Shown here in pieces: positions 24,750-36,850 of a DNA stretch of 64,000 nt. Source of the stretch: Camelus dromedarius. Taxonomy: Eukaryota. A program made the translations under genes and the position numbers. Below the pieces are notes generated by a model. The model did no database searches. It was given only the letters and a program-made list of their open reading frames with translations, and had not been told where the DNA came from. The stretch is taken from NCBI RefSeq assembly GCF_036321535.1, contig NC_087436.1, positions 22,942,001 through 23,006,000 of the forward strand. Direction: 5' to 3'. Position 1 is the stretch's first letter; each line of letters begins with the position of its first letter.

Positions 24750-25320
24750 TTGAATACCGGCTTTGTGACTTTAGGCAAGTTACTCAACCTGTCAGGGCCA
24801 GTTTCCTCATTTGTAAATGAGATGCCTTCTTTAAAAAACTTCTCATTGTGGAAGTTTGCAAACATATGACAGATATTGAGAGAATAGTATCCCATGTTCC
24901 CATCATACAGTTTCAAAAATTATCAAAATGGTACCAGTATTGAATCATCTGTCCACCACGTAATTTATGGGGAGGAATATTTTACAGTCCATCCCAGTCA
25001 TCGCGTCATTACTTCAGTACGGATCTCTGGGTGAGAAGCATGTTTTAAGACATATGCAGCCACTGTGACATTATCCCACTTAACAAAATTTAAAACATTC
25101 CTTAGTAGCCTCTGACACTGTACTCTGGGAAATCTCTACTCTGATTGACCCAGTTGTCTCAAAGATGTCTTTTTACAGGTGATTTATTTTCAGTCAGGAT
25201 TCAGAGAGGGGCCAGTGGTTGCACGTGAGTTCCTAGGACTTACAGAAATCATGTGAAGTGAGGCGTGTGAATGCACCTGGTCCAGGCCTGGCACGTGGCC
25301 GGCACTCTGTTAGTATCACC
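24750..25320 (+). mobile_element. MIR split by an antisense L1 (L1MC4/ME-like, ~24830-25230)
   Basis: tgtgactttaggcaagttactcaacctgtcagggccagtttcctcatttgtaaatgag. The MIR 3' part resumes near 25245 (gcctggcacgtggccggcactc). Confidence 0.7.
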
Positions 25321-25496
25321 TCCCATCAGTTCCCGTTCTTACCTTTCCCACTTCTGGGCAGCATGTTGGCAATTGAAGATGGGAGTCTTTTGGTGGTGGA
25401 GATGGTAAGATATCAGGGGCTGGACCAGCCAGCCAAAGTTTAGAGGCAGAAAATGGTGGGCAGAATGCCTCGTAATTGAAGATCTTGTTGATGCCA

Positions 25497-25750
25497 ACAT
25501 AACAGCTAATAACTACTCAGTATCTACTGTCTGGCTGGTACTGTTCTAAGTACTTTTTATTTATTAACTCATTTATTCCTCACAACAACCTTACGAGTTA
25601 GGTGATGTTTTGCTCCCTATTACGATGAGGAATATGAGGCACAGAGAAGTTCGGTAGCTTGCCTAAAGTTACACAGCTCGTGAGAATGTTGGAGCTCAGA
25701 TTCCAAGCCCAAAAGTCCATCATCAGAGACCAAGTGCTTAAGCACTACTC
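25497..25750 (-). mobile_element. Near full-length MIR
   Basis: ctcatttattcctcacaacaacctt...gatgaggaatatgaggcacagagaagttcggtagcttgcctaaagttacacagct. Confidence 0.9.
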
Positions 25751-27649
25751 CAAATCAAATTAAACATTTAAATGAGCCTAGAGTCAAGGGAGTTCAAATG
25801 ATGTCAAGTGCCAAAGGGAGTTTGACCAAGTCCCCCAAGAAAGCAGGAGGTGCAGAAGCAAGTTTTACAAGAGATACAAAGCTAGACCTTCAGCTAGGAG
25901 GAGAAAAGTGGGAGCAACAGGCCTGTCTGGGAGTAGAAGGGCGGCCCTGGGTTCTAGGGATCTAAGGGGGAGGGAGAAGCAGCATTTGATGGGACACTGT
26001 GAGGACGAGCCTACTGTGTCCCTGGAGTGAGCTGGAGGTCCAGCTTGGTGGGAAGGAACGGAGCTAAGAAAGCAAGAAGATGATGAACAAGAGGCATTTA
26101 TAAAGGATGTCTTCAGGAGGAAGGAGGACAGAGCTCAAGCGAATGTTGTAGATTCCCCTTCTTTCTCCCACATCATTCCCATGGCTTCTAGAAACCATTC
26201 TCACCAGGTTTGTCTTTGAGGATTCAAGACATATTCTCCTTCTGAAATGATATTTTTTTAAGCGTGTCTTTTGTTTGTTTATCTCACCAAAGCATATATA
26301 CTCTCAGAAGCTCTCACTTCTTAACATCTTTAAATTTATTGGGAAAAAATCAACTTTGCTCCCACTTGGAAAGCACATCCAGGTTCTCTTTTGTCCCGGT
26401 TATTTGCTTCTGTACATGCTGGACACGCCTGTGTTCTCTGTGTGTCTGATTGACAGCTCCTTGGATTCACTGCAGCTGCCACGGCTTGGTCTTATCTCAG
26501 ACTCCTGAGGATTCTCAGTAAATGAAAAAGGACCAGAAATTCTGATGACATCATGCTCTTTTTCATACATTCTTAGAAATGTTTAAAATGTGACTTTAGT
26601 ATACCCTACACGGCAAGAACTGTTTCTCTTAAAAGATGGTGGTTTTTTTTTTTCAGAAGTGTCTCCTCCAGTGCTTAGCGGGGAGTAGTGCCTCAGTTAG
26701 ACGTTGCCATGAGTTGTCTGCAGACAAAAACCACATGTCCCCACACAATTTCCTTTAAATATATCATCAGTGTGTCTGTCACAGGCAGTTTTGAGTTGTT
26801 TTCTTTAGTAAAGAAGTTAGAGCATCTTTTACATATAAAAAGAAAAAGCTACAACACACACATATATGTGTATATACAGTTTCATTTTTCGTGTGAGTAT
26901 GTGCATTTTGCTGAGACCGCACACACATGCACACAAACTCAAAATACTGTAATACTGCAAAGCAAAAGGAGAAAGGGAGGGAGAGCTGATTCACTTCCTT
27001 GACAATAACCAATAATTACATTTCAGGGCAGAGAAATTGAATTCTTGTGGCTTCTCAGCCAGGTTGGCCCAGCGCCAGTCAGGTGAGGGTCAGCAGCCCC
27101 ACCCCACCCCTCCCGGCTGCCCAGGGCCGGGGAGCCTCGGAGCTGGTGTGCAGGCGACGTCCTGGCAGGTCTCCAGAAGCAGCCACCTCAGAAGCTGTCA
27201 GAAAGATTCCTAGGGCCACATGTTGTGATTTGAATGGTGGCTTTTTGAAAAAGATCCTTTATTTTGCAATAACTTCAGAACGATTGGCAGTGATTAGTGG
27301 AAAAGTTATTCCTAAAAAGACTAGCTGTAACCTCTCGTGAAAAAAAAGTGAGGTTAACCAGAATACAGCTACAGTCTTAGAGTATGAAGTTTTGGAGCTC
27401 AATTTCATGTCAAGAATGTTCTTTGTTCTTCAGAACCACCAGGTACCTCCCTGGATAAGCTCCCCAAATTCTTTTCACTGTAAGGTTTTTGTGTTCGTGA
27501 ACCTGACAGTTGATTGTACGTTCTGCTACAGCATTTATAACCATTGAGTGGATGAAAGTCATTTATATTCTAATTTATCATTATGGATCTACTTTGGTAA
27601 TGATTTTCAAATTTGAGTTGAATACAGTGGACAGGAATAGAGAGGAAAG

Positions 27650-27815
27650 AAGGTTAACATTCATTGAATGTCTCAGCACTGTGCTTTTCTATCAATGATT
27701 CCACTTAATCTTTATAGCTTGTGGAGTGTATGGTGTTACCCACGTTCATGTCACACAATGATAAAATAGCATAGCTAAAATGGGAATCAAATCTATTTGA
27801 CTTCAAAGCTTATTT
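27650..27815 (-). mobile_element. Degraded MIR
   Basis: ttaacattcattgaatgtctcagcactgtgct...aatctatttgacttcaaagc. Confidence 0.5.
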
Positions 27816-27927
27816 TTGAGTTATTCACACATATTATCCTGACAAGGAGGTGTCTAAGATAATATATTGTAGCTTTTGTTTTTCTCCGAATGAGTAAGCA
27901 AATGAATCTGAAGTTCTAACATCTGTT

Positions 27928-28004
27928 TCTTTTTTTTTTTTTAAATATGGTTGATTTACAGTGTTGTTTCAGGTGTACAGCAAAGTGATTCAGTTATACA
28001 TGTA

Positions 28005-28049
<45 letters not shown>

Positions 28050-28690
28050 TTTCACATTATTTTCCATTATGGTTTATCACAGGATATTGAATATAATTCC
28101 CTGTGCTACACAGAAGGACCTTGTTGTTTATCTGTTTTATATATAGCAGTTTGTATCTGCTAATCCCAAACTCCTAATTAATCCCTCCTTCCCCTTCCCC
28201 CTTTGGTAGCCCTGTTTGTTTTCTGTGTTTGTGGATCTGTTTCTGTTTTGTAAACAAGTTCATTTGTATCATATTTTAGATTCCATGTATAAGTGATATT
28301 ATATAGTATTTATCTTTCTCTTTCTGACTTACTTCACTTGGTATGATCATCTCTAGGTCCATCCATGTTTATGCAAATGGCATTTTTGGTATAATTACAG
28401 TTGATTAACATTCCATTATATATATATACACCACAGCTTTTTTATCCAGTCATCTGTCGGTGAACATTTAGGTTGCTTCTGTGTCTTGGCTATTGTAAAT
28501 AGTGCTGCTATGAACATTGGGGCACATGTATCTTTTCAAATTAGAGTGTTCTCTGGATATATGCCTGGGAGTGGGATTGCTGGATCATATGGTAACTCTA
28601 GTTTTAGTTTTTTAAGGAACCTCCATACTGTTCTCCATAGTAGCTGAACCAATTTACATTCCTACCAACAGTGTAGGAGGGTTCTCTTTT
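27928..28690 (-). mobile_element. 5'-truncated L1 (artiodactyl-type 3' end) containing a (TA)n run
   Basis: Poly-T head, ttgatttacagtgttgtttcaggtgtacagcaaagtgattcag, antisense ORF2 end up to ccaacagtgtaggagggttc. (TA)n at ~28015-28044. Confidence 0.95.
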
Positions 28691-29349
28691 AGTATCTATG
28701 TTTCTGAGAGAAGGGTGGACTCCCTGAGAAGCAGAAACTGGAGTAGGGTTAGACCATTCAATTCCAATTACCAGGGAAGAGAGTTTCTGATGAGCCTTTA
28801 CCAGTAATAACCCATCCTCTGTTGGCCATGATCACCCATAATGGCATGGTTTTACAAAAAGCCCACAGTTTTCTCTTTTTCTTTTGGATGAGTCTGAATG
28901 ATGTAGAAATGACACCAAGTCCATGGCTTTCAGAATTATGGTGTGAACAAAGCCCAAGTAAAATTGCTTGCTCTCTGGTAACTACTGATGTTTCAGTATT
29001 AACAAAAAAATTTTTTAAGTCTAAGACTTTTCATTTTGGGGATGGAAAAGAGTTAACACCAGAATTTTGTTTAGTGCTATAATATTGGTGATTAAGAATG
29101 ACAGTAGGTCCTATAAGTAAATGCTTAAAATCCCCTGAGATACATTATCATTATACATGTTATTTAAGTAGCCTCAGTGCTGTCCTTAGACCCAAACTAG
29201 AGGGCTGACATATTAAAGCACACGATTTGGGTCTTTTTCAAGACAGACCCTCCCTACAGTGCAAAGGAGGGCATCACAGAGCCACAGCCTTCCTTTCCTT
29301 CAGTGTCTCGCTAGAGTTCCGGGATCCCAGCACCTCTAAGTCCATCAAC

Positions 29350-29712
29350 TAGAGGGTAGACCATGCTGTCTCTGTGCACACCCTGGGGCCCCAAGGCCAG
29401 CTCTTTGTGGAAAGTGTGGCTGGAACTTGGATATATGGACCATCCACACCTGCTCAGGAAGCCCCCCAAGATCAGGGACAGCTGAGGCTGGAACAGAAGA
29501 GAAGCCCTGTGCCACCATGTCCCAGTGTGGGACCATGAGGAGCACAGGAATTCTGAACTTGAACATGGCGTCCAGGTTTATGAAGGTGGGAGAATAGAAT
29601 ATATTTTGTTTAGCAGTTCATTATCTTAATGTACACCTTGTACATATTTACACATACAATATGGGGTCCCTGTGTGTACTCTTGCCTGGGGTCTGCACAG
29701 TGGGAAGCCTGA
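29350..29712. mobile_element. Possible hAT-type MER element
   Basis: Ends with atggggtccctgtgtgtactcttgcctggggtctgcac...cctg, reminiscent of hAT-Tip100 MERs. Family not certain. Confidence 0.35.
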
Positions 29713-30589
29713 GATATGTAACTTCTTTCACTGAAGCACTTCAGAGATTTTTGTAACTAAGACTCAATGCAAAATAAATTAAAGCCTTGAGCACAAATTG
29801 ACCTTTCAAGTCAACCTGAGTAAATAAAAACTCTAGGACTGAAAACCCAAAGCTTTCCAGCCACAAACTCAAGACTGAGCCCAGTTTATGGAAAGTCCTT
29901 TTCTCTTTTAGAAATGCAAATATCTTAATATGCTCCACTGCTTTTGAGATCATATTTGGAGAAATCTCCAACTTTACATTTTCATAGTAAAGGCAGATTT
30001 TACCCCAAACGCTTGTTCCAGTCAGCCCAAGTATTTTCCTGCCAGTGTTCAAGCCACTTTCCTGGGCCTTAGCATAATTGCTCATTGTCTTGTTCTTAGA
30101 TCACTAAGAAACTGTCTGTCCATTGAGCTCAACCACTTGTTTAAGGGCAATTCCAAATGACAAGCTTCTTGGAAAGGAAACACGTCCAGTAACATTATTA
30201 TTCAAAGGTGCCTAGCAATCTCCCTTCCTTGATTCAATTGCATGCAATGTAACAAACAGCTATTGAACACTTAAGTCCAGAGCACCAGGAAGAGATCTAG
30301 AAAGGCACTCAGGTGAGCCGAGATTTCCACTTTGAGGATGCTTACAGTCTGGAGGGGCAAATGCCAACAGAACAATTCACAATCAAAGCCAAATATGGGA
30401 AAGTAAAAAGAATATTTAAAGTGTAGGGAGAAGAAAAGTTTGTAAGTGTAGGGAGAGAGGGAAAGGGACAAAATGCCTGTCAGAATTAATATCTTCTTCC
30501 TCTTTGTCTGGAAAAAAGTTTCATGGAAGAGGTGCAATTTTGAACTAGATAAGCATTGAAAAATAAGTAGGTTTACAATAGGTAGAAAA

Positions 30590-30865
30590 TAATAGTAATA
30601 GCTAACATTTATTGAGCCCTTACTAGTTGCTAGGTGCTGTTCCTAGTTGCTAGTCCACTCAGCAAAACAGCCCTGTGGTGTGGGTATTAGCCACTGCCTC
30701 CCCCAGGTTGCTGATAATAAATAGTGTATAAACATGCTAACCATTTTATCCACATGAGATACATGAAGTTAAGTAACTTGCCCAGATCACACAGCCAGTA
30801 AGTGGAGCTGGAATATGAAGGCAAGCAATCTGACTCTAGAACTCGTGCTGTAAACCACACGCTGT
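30590..30865 (-). mobile_element. MIR
   Basis: atagctaacatttattgagcccttacta...gaagttaagtaacttgcccagatcacacagccagtaagtggagctgg. Confidence 0.85.
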
Positions 30866-30929
30866 AGAGAGAAAAGTATTCCACACACAATAAAGGGAAG
30901 GGTGTACTGGACATGGAACAGCATGCAAG

Positions 30930-31178
30930 GTTGGAGTGAAATAACTGGATGAAGTCTAAGCATATGTTTAATTTTGATAGCTACTGTCAAATATTTTCTG
31001 AAAGTGTTTGGATCAATTTGTATCGCACCAGTCATGTAAGAGAGTTCTAGTTGCTCCACATCCTTGACAACATTTGACTTGATCAGATTTTCTTTTTCTT
31101 TTGTAAATTGCAGCCATTTTTGTTGGATATGAGTGGTATCCTACTGTGATTTTAATTTCTCTCTGATTAGTTGTGAAA
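30930..31178 (-). mobile_element. Old L1 ORF2 C-terminal fragment
   Basis: ORF 30787..31059 (EQLELSYMTG...HMLRLHPVISL) resembles the decayed L1 ORF2 3' end. Confidence 0.8.
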
Positions 31179-31184
31179 GTTCTC

Positions 31185-32010
31185 TCCAAATGGGTCCATA
31201 GATAATATAAAGCCCAATTAAAATCCCAAGCAGGTCATGCATGTGTGTATATATGTGTCTGTAAATTGACAAACTGATGTTAAATTTATATGAAAATGCA
31301 AGGGGATTAGGGATACCCAAGGCAATACTGAAGAAGAAGAGCAAAGTAGGAGAACTTGTATGAGCAGATATCAAGATTTAGGATATGGTCACAGTAAATA
31401 AGACAGTGTGGTACTGGTGCTGAGGTAGACAAGAGGACAACGACATAGGAAAGAAAGTCCAGAATCAGACCAAAATACATAGGAGCACTTTGAACAGTCC
31501 TCATTACAACATAGAGGAGAGGGTGGTCTTTTAAAAACTAATGGTTCTAGGTCAATTAGAACTATGTGGAAGAAAAGGATCTTTGAACCCTACTTCATGC
31601 CATATAAAAGAATTTGGATAGATTGCAAATCCAAGTGTGATAGCTAAAACAAACAATTTCTTCTTTTTAGAAGAAAGCATAGGTGAATTTTTTTGTAACT
31701 TTGAGATAAATGAAGATTTCTTAAATAGGAAATAAAAAGCACTAATCGTAAAAATATAGATAAACTGGACTTCATTACATTAAGAATGTATATTCGTTAA
31801 AAGATTCCATACAAGAGTGAAAAGGCAACCACACACTTGATACCTGCATTACATTATTCAATAAAAAAGACTTATATTTAGAATAGAAAACGCCTACCAA
31901 TCAGTGAGGAACAGACAGCCAACCCAATTAAAAATTAGCAAACGACTTAGACACTGTACAAAGGAGGATAACAAATTATTTTTAAAAATTGAAATGATGC
32001 TAATAGTTTT
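31185..32010 (+). mobile_element. Old L1 ORF2 fragment, opposite orientation to its neighbour
   Basis: aaattgacaaactgatgttaaatttatatgaaaatgcaagg...aataagacagtgtggtactggtg...taaactggacttcattacattaagaa. Confidence 0.88.
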
Positions 32011-33224
32011 CAATTATACATTGAAGTTCACTTCTTTAATTATGTACTAATCCAATGATCTGAATTGCCAAGGCAGATAGCTACTGAGAGTGTATATTTA
32101 TCTTTTAATAGGAGTGCCTACCTAGTGAATATCAATCCCTGAATGCACCCCGGATCCAGCCATGATTGCTGAGTGCTGCTGGAATTTGTGTTGAGGACTG
32201 GAGCTGCATGTCTCCCTATTCTTATTCACAGGCTTCATTGCTCGGGGGTTTCACTTCACTTGGAGCTTTCACTCACTTCCCTTGGACAAGTGAAAAAATA
32301 TTTGTGCTCACAAAACCTTAAAGAATCCCTCTAGTGGGGATGCCTACTGTTTGTGGGTAGGAATGAAGATGGTGATTATGTATCTCACTGGGATCAGCCA
32401 GATGTGTGCAGGCAGACACACAAACACACACACAAACACACAAACACACACACGCCCCACAAAAATCCTGAAGGCTCTGCAGCTGAAATACCCAGAATCG
32501 GAACATCAGACATTGAAGATGCATTCATTTTGGTCCACATATACAAAGACCTCTATTAATAAAAGAAGAGTTGTCACTGACTCAGTACACCAGTCCACAA
32601 GTTAAATGACATAAGCCTAGGACTGTGGCAATGGAAATTTTTACCCCCCACTCTCAGTCTTCTCAAATTAATCATTGAGCATGTACTATCAACACAAAGC
32701 CTTCCTTTGAAGAAGAAATGGAGATACGTAGGTAACAAGACGCTGTTTTCCCTTTAATAATTGAAGAAATTTCCAGTCTTTAACTGGCTTTCCTGGAGAC
32801 AAAGTGATAAATTGAAAAGAAGATGGGGTTTGGAACTAACCAAGCCTGAGTTTGTACCAAACCTACTAAATCCTATAAAGCCAGCCCACTGGCAGCTCAA
32901 CAGAAAGGGGTCCTCACTATCCCACCTGAGTTTTATCTCATAGTATACTTTCTAAGCCTCAGATGGAAAGAGAGGTAACTAAACAAAGTCGGCTTCTGCT
33001 CATCCCGTTACTCACATCAAGGAGAGGGAACTGTGTCAGCCTTTGAATCTGCTTTTGATCAAATAAAACCTTTAGATCTTTATTTTGATGAAATGTCGGG
33101 GAGTTCTAATTCAACATCCAGTTTTATTTTTAAAAAGAAGAAAATGTAAGTACATGAAAAATAAATCAGGCTGCCTTTCGTGATGATTGGGAGCACATAA
33201 GGGTGCCAGAAATCTAAGAAAACT

Positions 33225-33385
33225 GTGATTCTAGATCTAGAGGAAATATTAAAGGTTGTGTATGCAGTCCACTCACTGTGTGTTAGAGAGGAAGATGAGT
33301 TTCAGAGACATCTGCTCATTCAGTCATTCACACACTGAGTAAGGGCAGAAGCAAGACATGAACCCAAGTCCCCCGCATCTTTGCT
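33225..33385 (-). mobile_element. MIR/MIR3 fragment
   Basis: gagaggaagatgagtttcagagac...cattcacacactgagtaagggcagaagcaagacatgaacccaagtc. Confidence 0.5.
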
Positions 33386-34320
33386 GGTGGCCTTTCAGTT
33401 TCCAGAAGGAGTATTTTTAGAGAGTCCTTACAGAAGACTGTCACTGCCACTACCCCATTCCCACTTATGGGTCAGCTGAATGTTCAGTCCATCTCTGTTA
33501 TGGTAAGGATGAGGCAGGCTGCCTTCTGACCCTTCTGTATTTGGGTTGTGTGGATATAAATCAATGGGCTATGCAGGAGGTAGACCTTACAAGAACAGGT
33601 GGGGATTGATTAGTGCCTCAATTCCTTTCTAACCTTTGGAAATTATACATATTTTATATTGAAAATCAAAAAGAAAGAAAATGAGTTAACAAGCAAAGAT
33701 TGGAAACTCTGGAATGCCTTTTAGGAGCTAGTCTTGTACATAGAACTCTTTGTTTTCCATTGAGAAATTAACCTGCTCAGACATGTTTAGTTTTCTTACA
33801 GACATCTATATTTTAGACCAAATTTATTCTCAATGCAGTACAAACTCAAGAATATATACATTTTGCTTTAAAGGAAGAAATATCTAAATCTGGTTGGTTC
33901 CCCGTGTGTTACACCCTCAGGAGTCATTCTGAAGCTTACACATATAGATGTAAGACAAGTGCAAAAAACAAACATGTATTAATCTCCAAAGTACTTCTTG
34001 ATATTTAGGAATAACACACTATTTTCAGAAGTCCATTGGGTGTGAATGAGCAGCACAGCTGGGAGTCCAGAGCCTGTGCTTTATCAAGGTACCTCCTTGT
34101 GCCTGGGAAGCAGATAAGGATTTTCATAGAGCCGCAGCCTCAAATTTCCCAATGTCAACTAAAACAACCAAGCATCTATTGCCTCATCAGCCATGTCCAG
34201 TTCAGTCATGTTTTACTGAGAGGGTTACGTGTAAAGGAACTTGCCATTTGTCTCTGGTTTTACCTGTATTCCCTTCTGTAGTTCTCGGTTGCTGGATATC
34301 ACTTTACTAAGGATCATCTT

Positions 34321-34938
34321 TTTTTTTTTTTAACTTTTTTTTTTTGTTGAGTTATAGTCATTTTACAATGTTGTGTCAAATTCCAGTGTAGAGCACAATT
34401 TTTCAGTTATACATGAACATACATATATTCATTGTCACATTTCTTTCTCGCTGCGAGCTACCACAAGATCTTGTATATATTTCCCTGTGCTATACAGTAT
34501 GATCTTATTGATCTATTCTACATTTTGAAATCCCAGTCTGTCTCTTCCCACTCCCCGCCCCCTTGGCAACCACAAGTTTGTATTCTATGTCTATGACTCT
34601 GTTTCTGTTCTGTATTTATGTTTTGTTTTTTTTAGATTCCACATATAAGCGATCTCATATGGTATTTTTCTTTCTCTTTCTGGCTTAATTCACTTAGAAT
34701 GACATTCTCTAGGAAAATCCATGTTGCTGCAAATGGTGTCATGTTGTTGGTTTTTATGGCTGAATAGTATTCCATTGTATCCATAGACCACATCTTCTTT
34801 ATCCAGTCATCTATTGATGGACATTTAGGCTGCTTCCCATGTCTTGGCTATTGTAAATAGTGCTGCTATGAACATTGGGGTGCAGGTGTCATTTTGGAGT
34901 AGGGTTTCTTCTGGATATATGCCCAGGAGTAGGATTCC
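34321..34938 (-). mobile_element. Young camelid-type L1, 5'-truncated, with TSD
   Basis: Poly-T, then gttgagttatagtcattttacaatgttgtgtcaaattccagtg. Closely matches the L1 at 48608-50016. Imperfect TSD tactaaggatcatctt (34305-34320) / taccaagggatcgtctt (34939-34955). Confidence 0.95.
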
Positions 34939-35489
34939 TACCAAGGGATCGTCTTGGTCAGTTCTTACTGCTGCCACACAGAAGGCAGAGCTTAATTAGT
35001 TTATAGGAAACTGTAGAACTGACAGCTCAACTGTCATTCAGAGGCAAAGGAAAAATACGCAAAAAAAATGGAGTAATGTACCTCTGTCTCATTTCTCCTT
35101 CCTCTTCATTCTCATACTTAAAATTAGACATTCAAATTATAGCAAATTCCAGGAGTGAAGTGCTGTTTTAAAAAATTCTATCCACCCAAAATATTTAAGA
35201 TAAAACTAGAGTGAAATGTGTCCCTCTGTCATGATGTACTCAAGTTACAAATGGGTTGTGTTCCAAAAATTAATTCGCAAGGAGGATTTGTTAACACCTA
35301 TGTTGGTGTAGCCACATTGCTGATGGGTTTCACCTGAAATTCAGGGTAAATTTTCCAAAAGAAGTGTTTTGCACAGTGCTTAAGCTCTCAAAGCATTTTA
35401 AAGAAGCCTGCTGATCCTGGAGTTCTAGTTCCTGAACAGATACTTCCTTTCTTTCCAGGAGTGGTTGCAGCACTGGTCATGCCAGGTTT

Positions 35490-36020
35490 CCCTTTTGTCT
35501 CTGGGTGCTTCTTGCCCGGCTCTTTTGCAGACTCCTTCTCCTTTGCTCAGCACTAAGTGTGGAATTCTCGGTGCTTGATCTCAGGCTGCCTTCTCTTTTC
35601 TCTTTATACCATCTGTCAATTCAACTTCATCCACATCCATGCTTCACGTACCATCTACATTCTGACAGCTGCTAAATTTATATCTCCCCTCCTGAACTTC
35701 TCCACAGATCTGTCCACAGTTTCTCCATCGGGAATTCTCCAAGTCACCTCAGATCCAGCATGTCCAAAAACATGTCTTCTCTCCCAAATTTGTGTGTCTT
35801 CTATGTACCCCCCACCCCAGCTCAAAGAATGGCTGGCTCCACTATCTGCCCAAGAAATAGTGGAATCATTCTTGGCACCAACCCCTCCCTCAGTGCTCAT
35901 GACCCTATGGGCCCTGTTGATTTCACCTCCAGATCCATCCAGTTTTCTCCAGTACTCTTTGAACTGTCTATGCCACAGGGCCATTGCTTGTGCTGTTTGT
36001 TGGAACAAAAACTCCTTACT
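35490..36020 (+). mobile_element. L2 reverse-transcriptase region, decayed
   Basis: ORF 35557.. contains LLFSLYT, and nearby taccatctacattctgac resembles the L2 ...GPLLFSLYT...YHLYADD segment. Confidence 0.75.
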
Positions 36021-36509
36021 GGAGGTTTTATTTTTTTTAAAGAAGGAAGTCATCTGCTGTAGTCACTGATTTATCTATTCATTCAGGAGGGAAGAAGAGT
36101 AGAGAGCAGAGTTTTGAAGCTCTTCTGTTGAATACTAGGTAGAGAGCAATTTCTCATGACAACCAGGATTAATGGTTATATCACAAAGGCAAACACTTTT
36201 GAAGTCCATATAAAGGCAGCTTCCTAAAGAAAACAAAATCCAGCAAGGACAATTATGTAATTATAAAATATAAAAGAAAAAAGGTGATTACTAGACAGAA
36301 TTGATGACACAAGAGTCACTAATAAGAGTCCTGTCTCTTTACTCACCTTTAACCTCTTATCTTATGAGTATTCTCATTAACAACTGTCTTTTAGAAACTT
36401 TTCAGATATAATTCTATTAGCCATATCTGAAGGAAATAGTGGAGAAAATTATAGACTTGACTTTAAACTTCAAGGGGGTTATAATTTCCTGCCTCCTCAT
36501 TTTTCTTCT

Positions 36510-36850
36510 GCCACCCCCACCTGTGCTGAGAAATCTTCTCCTCATTATTCAGAGCTCAGCGTTAGTGCCAGTCCTCCAGAAAGCGCGTCCCGACTCCTAC
36601 CTCTCTGTCAGGCTTCCTTGTAGAACATTCCCAGAGAATCTCATTTCTTTTCTTCTTGAAAATTATTTCACTCGGAGTTGTACATTTATGGTTGGAGATT
36701 TTTAAAAATGAATATAGTTTTCTTGTACTGAACTTTAAGCCCTACAAAAGTGTATTTTTTTGCTGTCATTCTGCATTGTTATGGCCCTGGAGCCAAGCAT
36801 GGCACTGTGTGAATGCCCATAGATATTCACTGATGCTGGTGAATGAATGC
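36510..36850 (+). mobile_element. L2 3' end
   Basis: ccaagcatggcactgtgtgaatgcccatagatattcactgatgctggtgaatgaatg, with a tgaa-type tail. Confidence 0.6.

Noticed and set aside
35557..36069. 170-aa ORF and overlapping ORFs
   Set aside because: They lie within a decayed L2 RT region.
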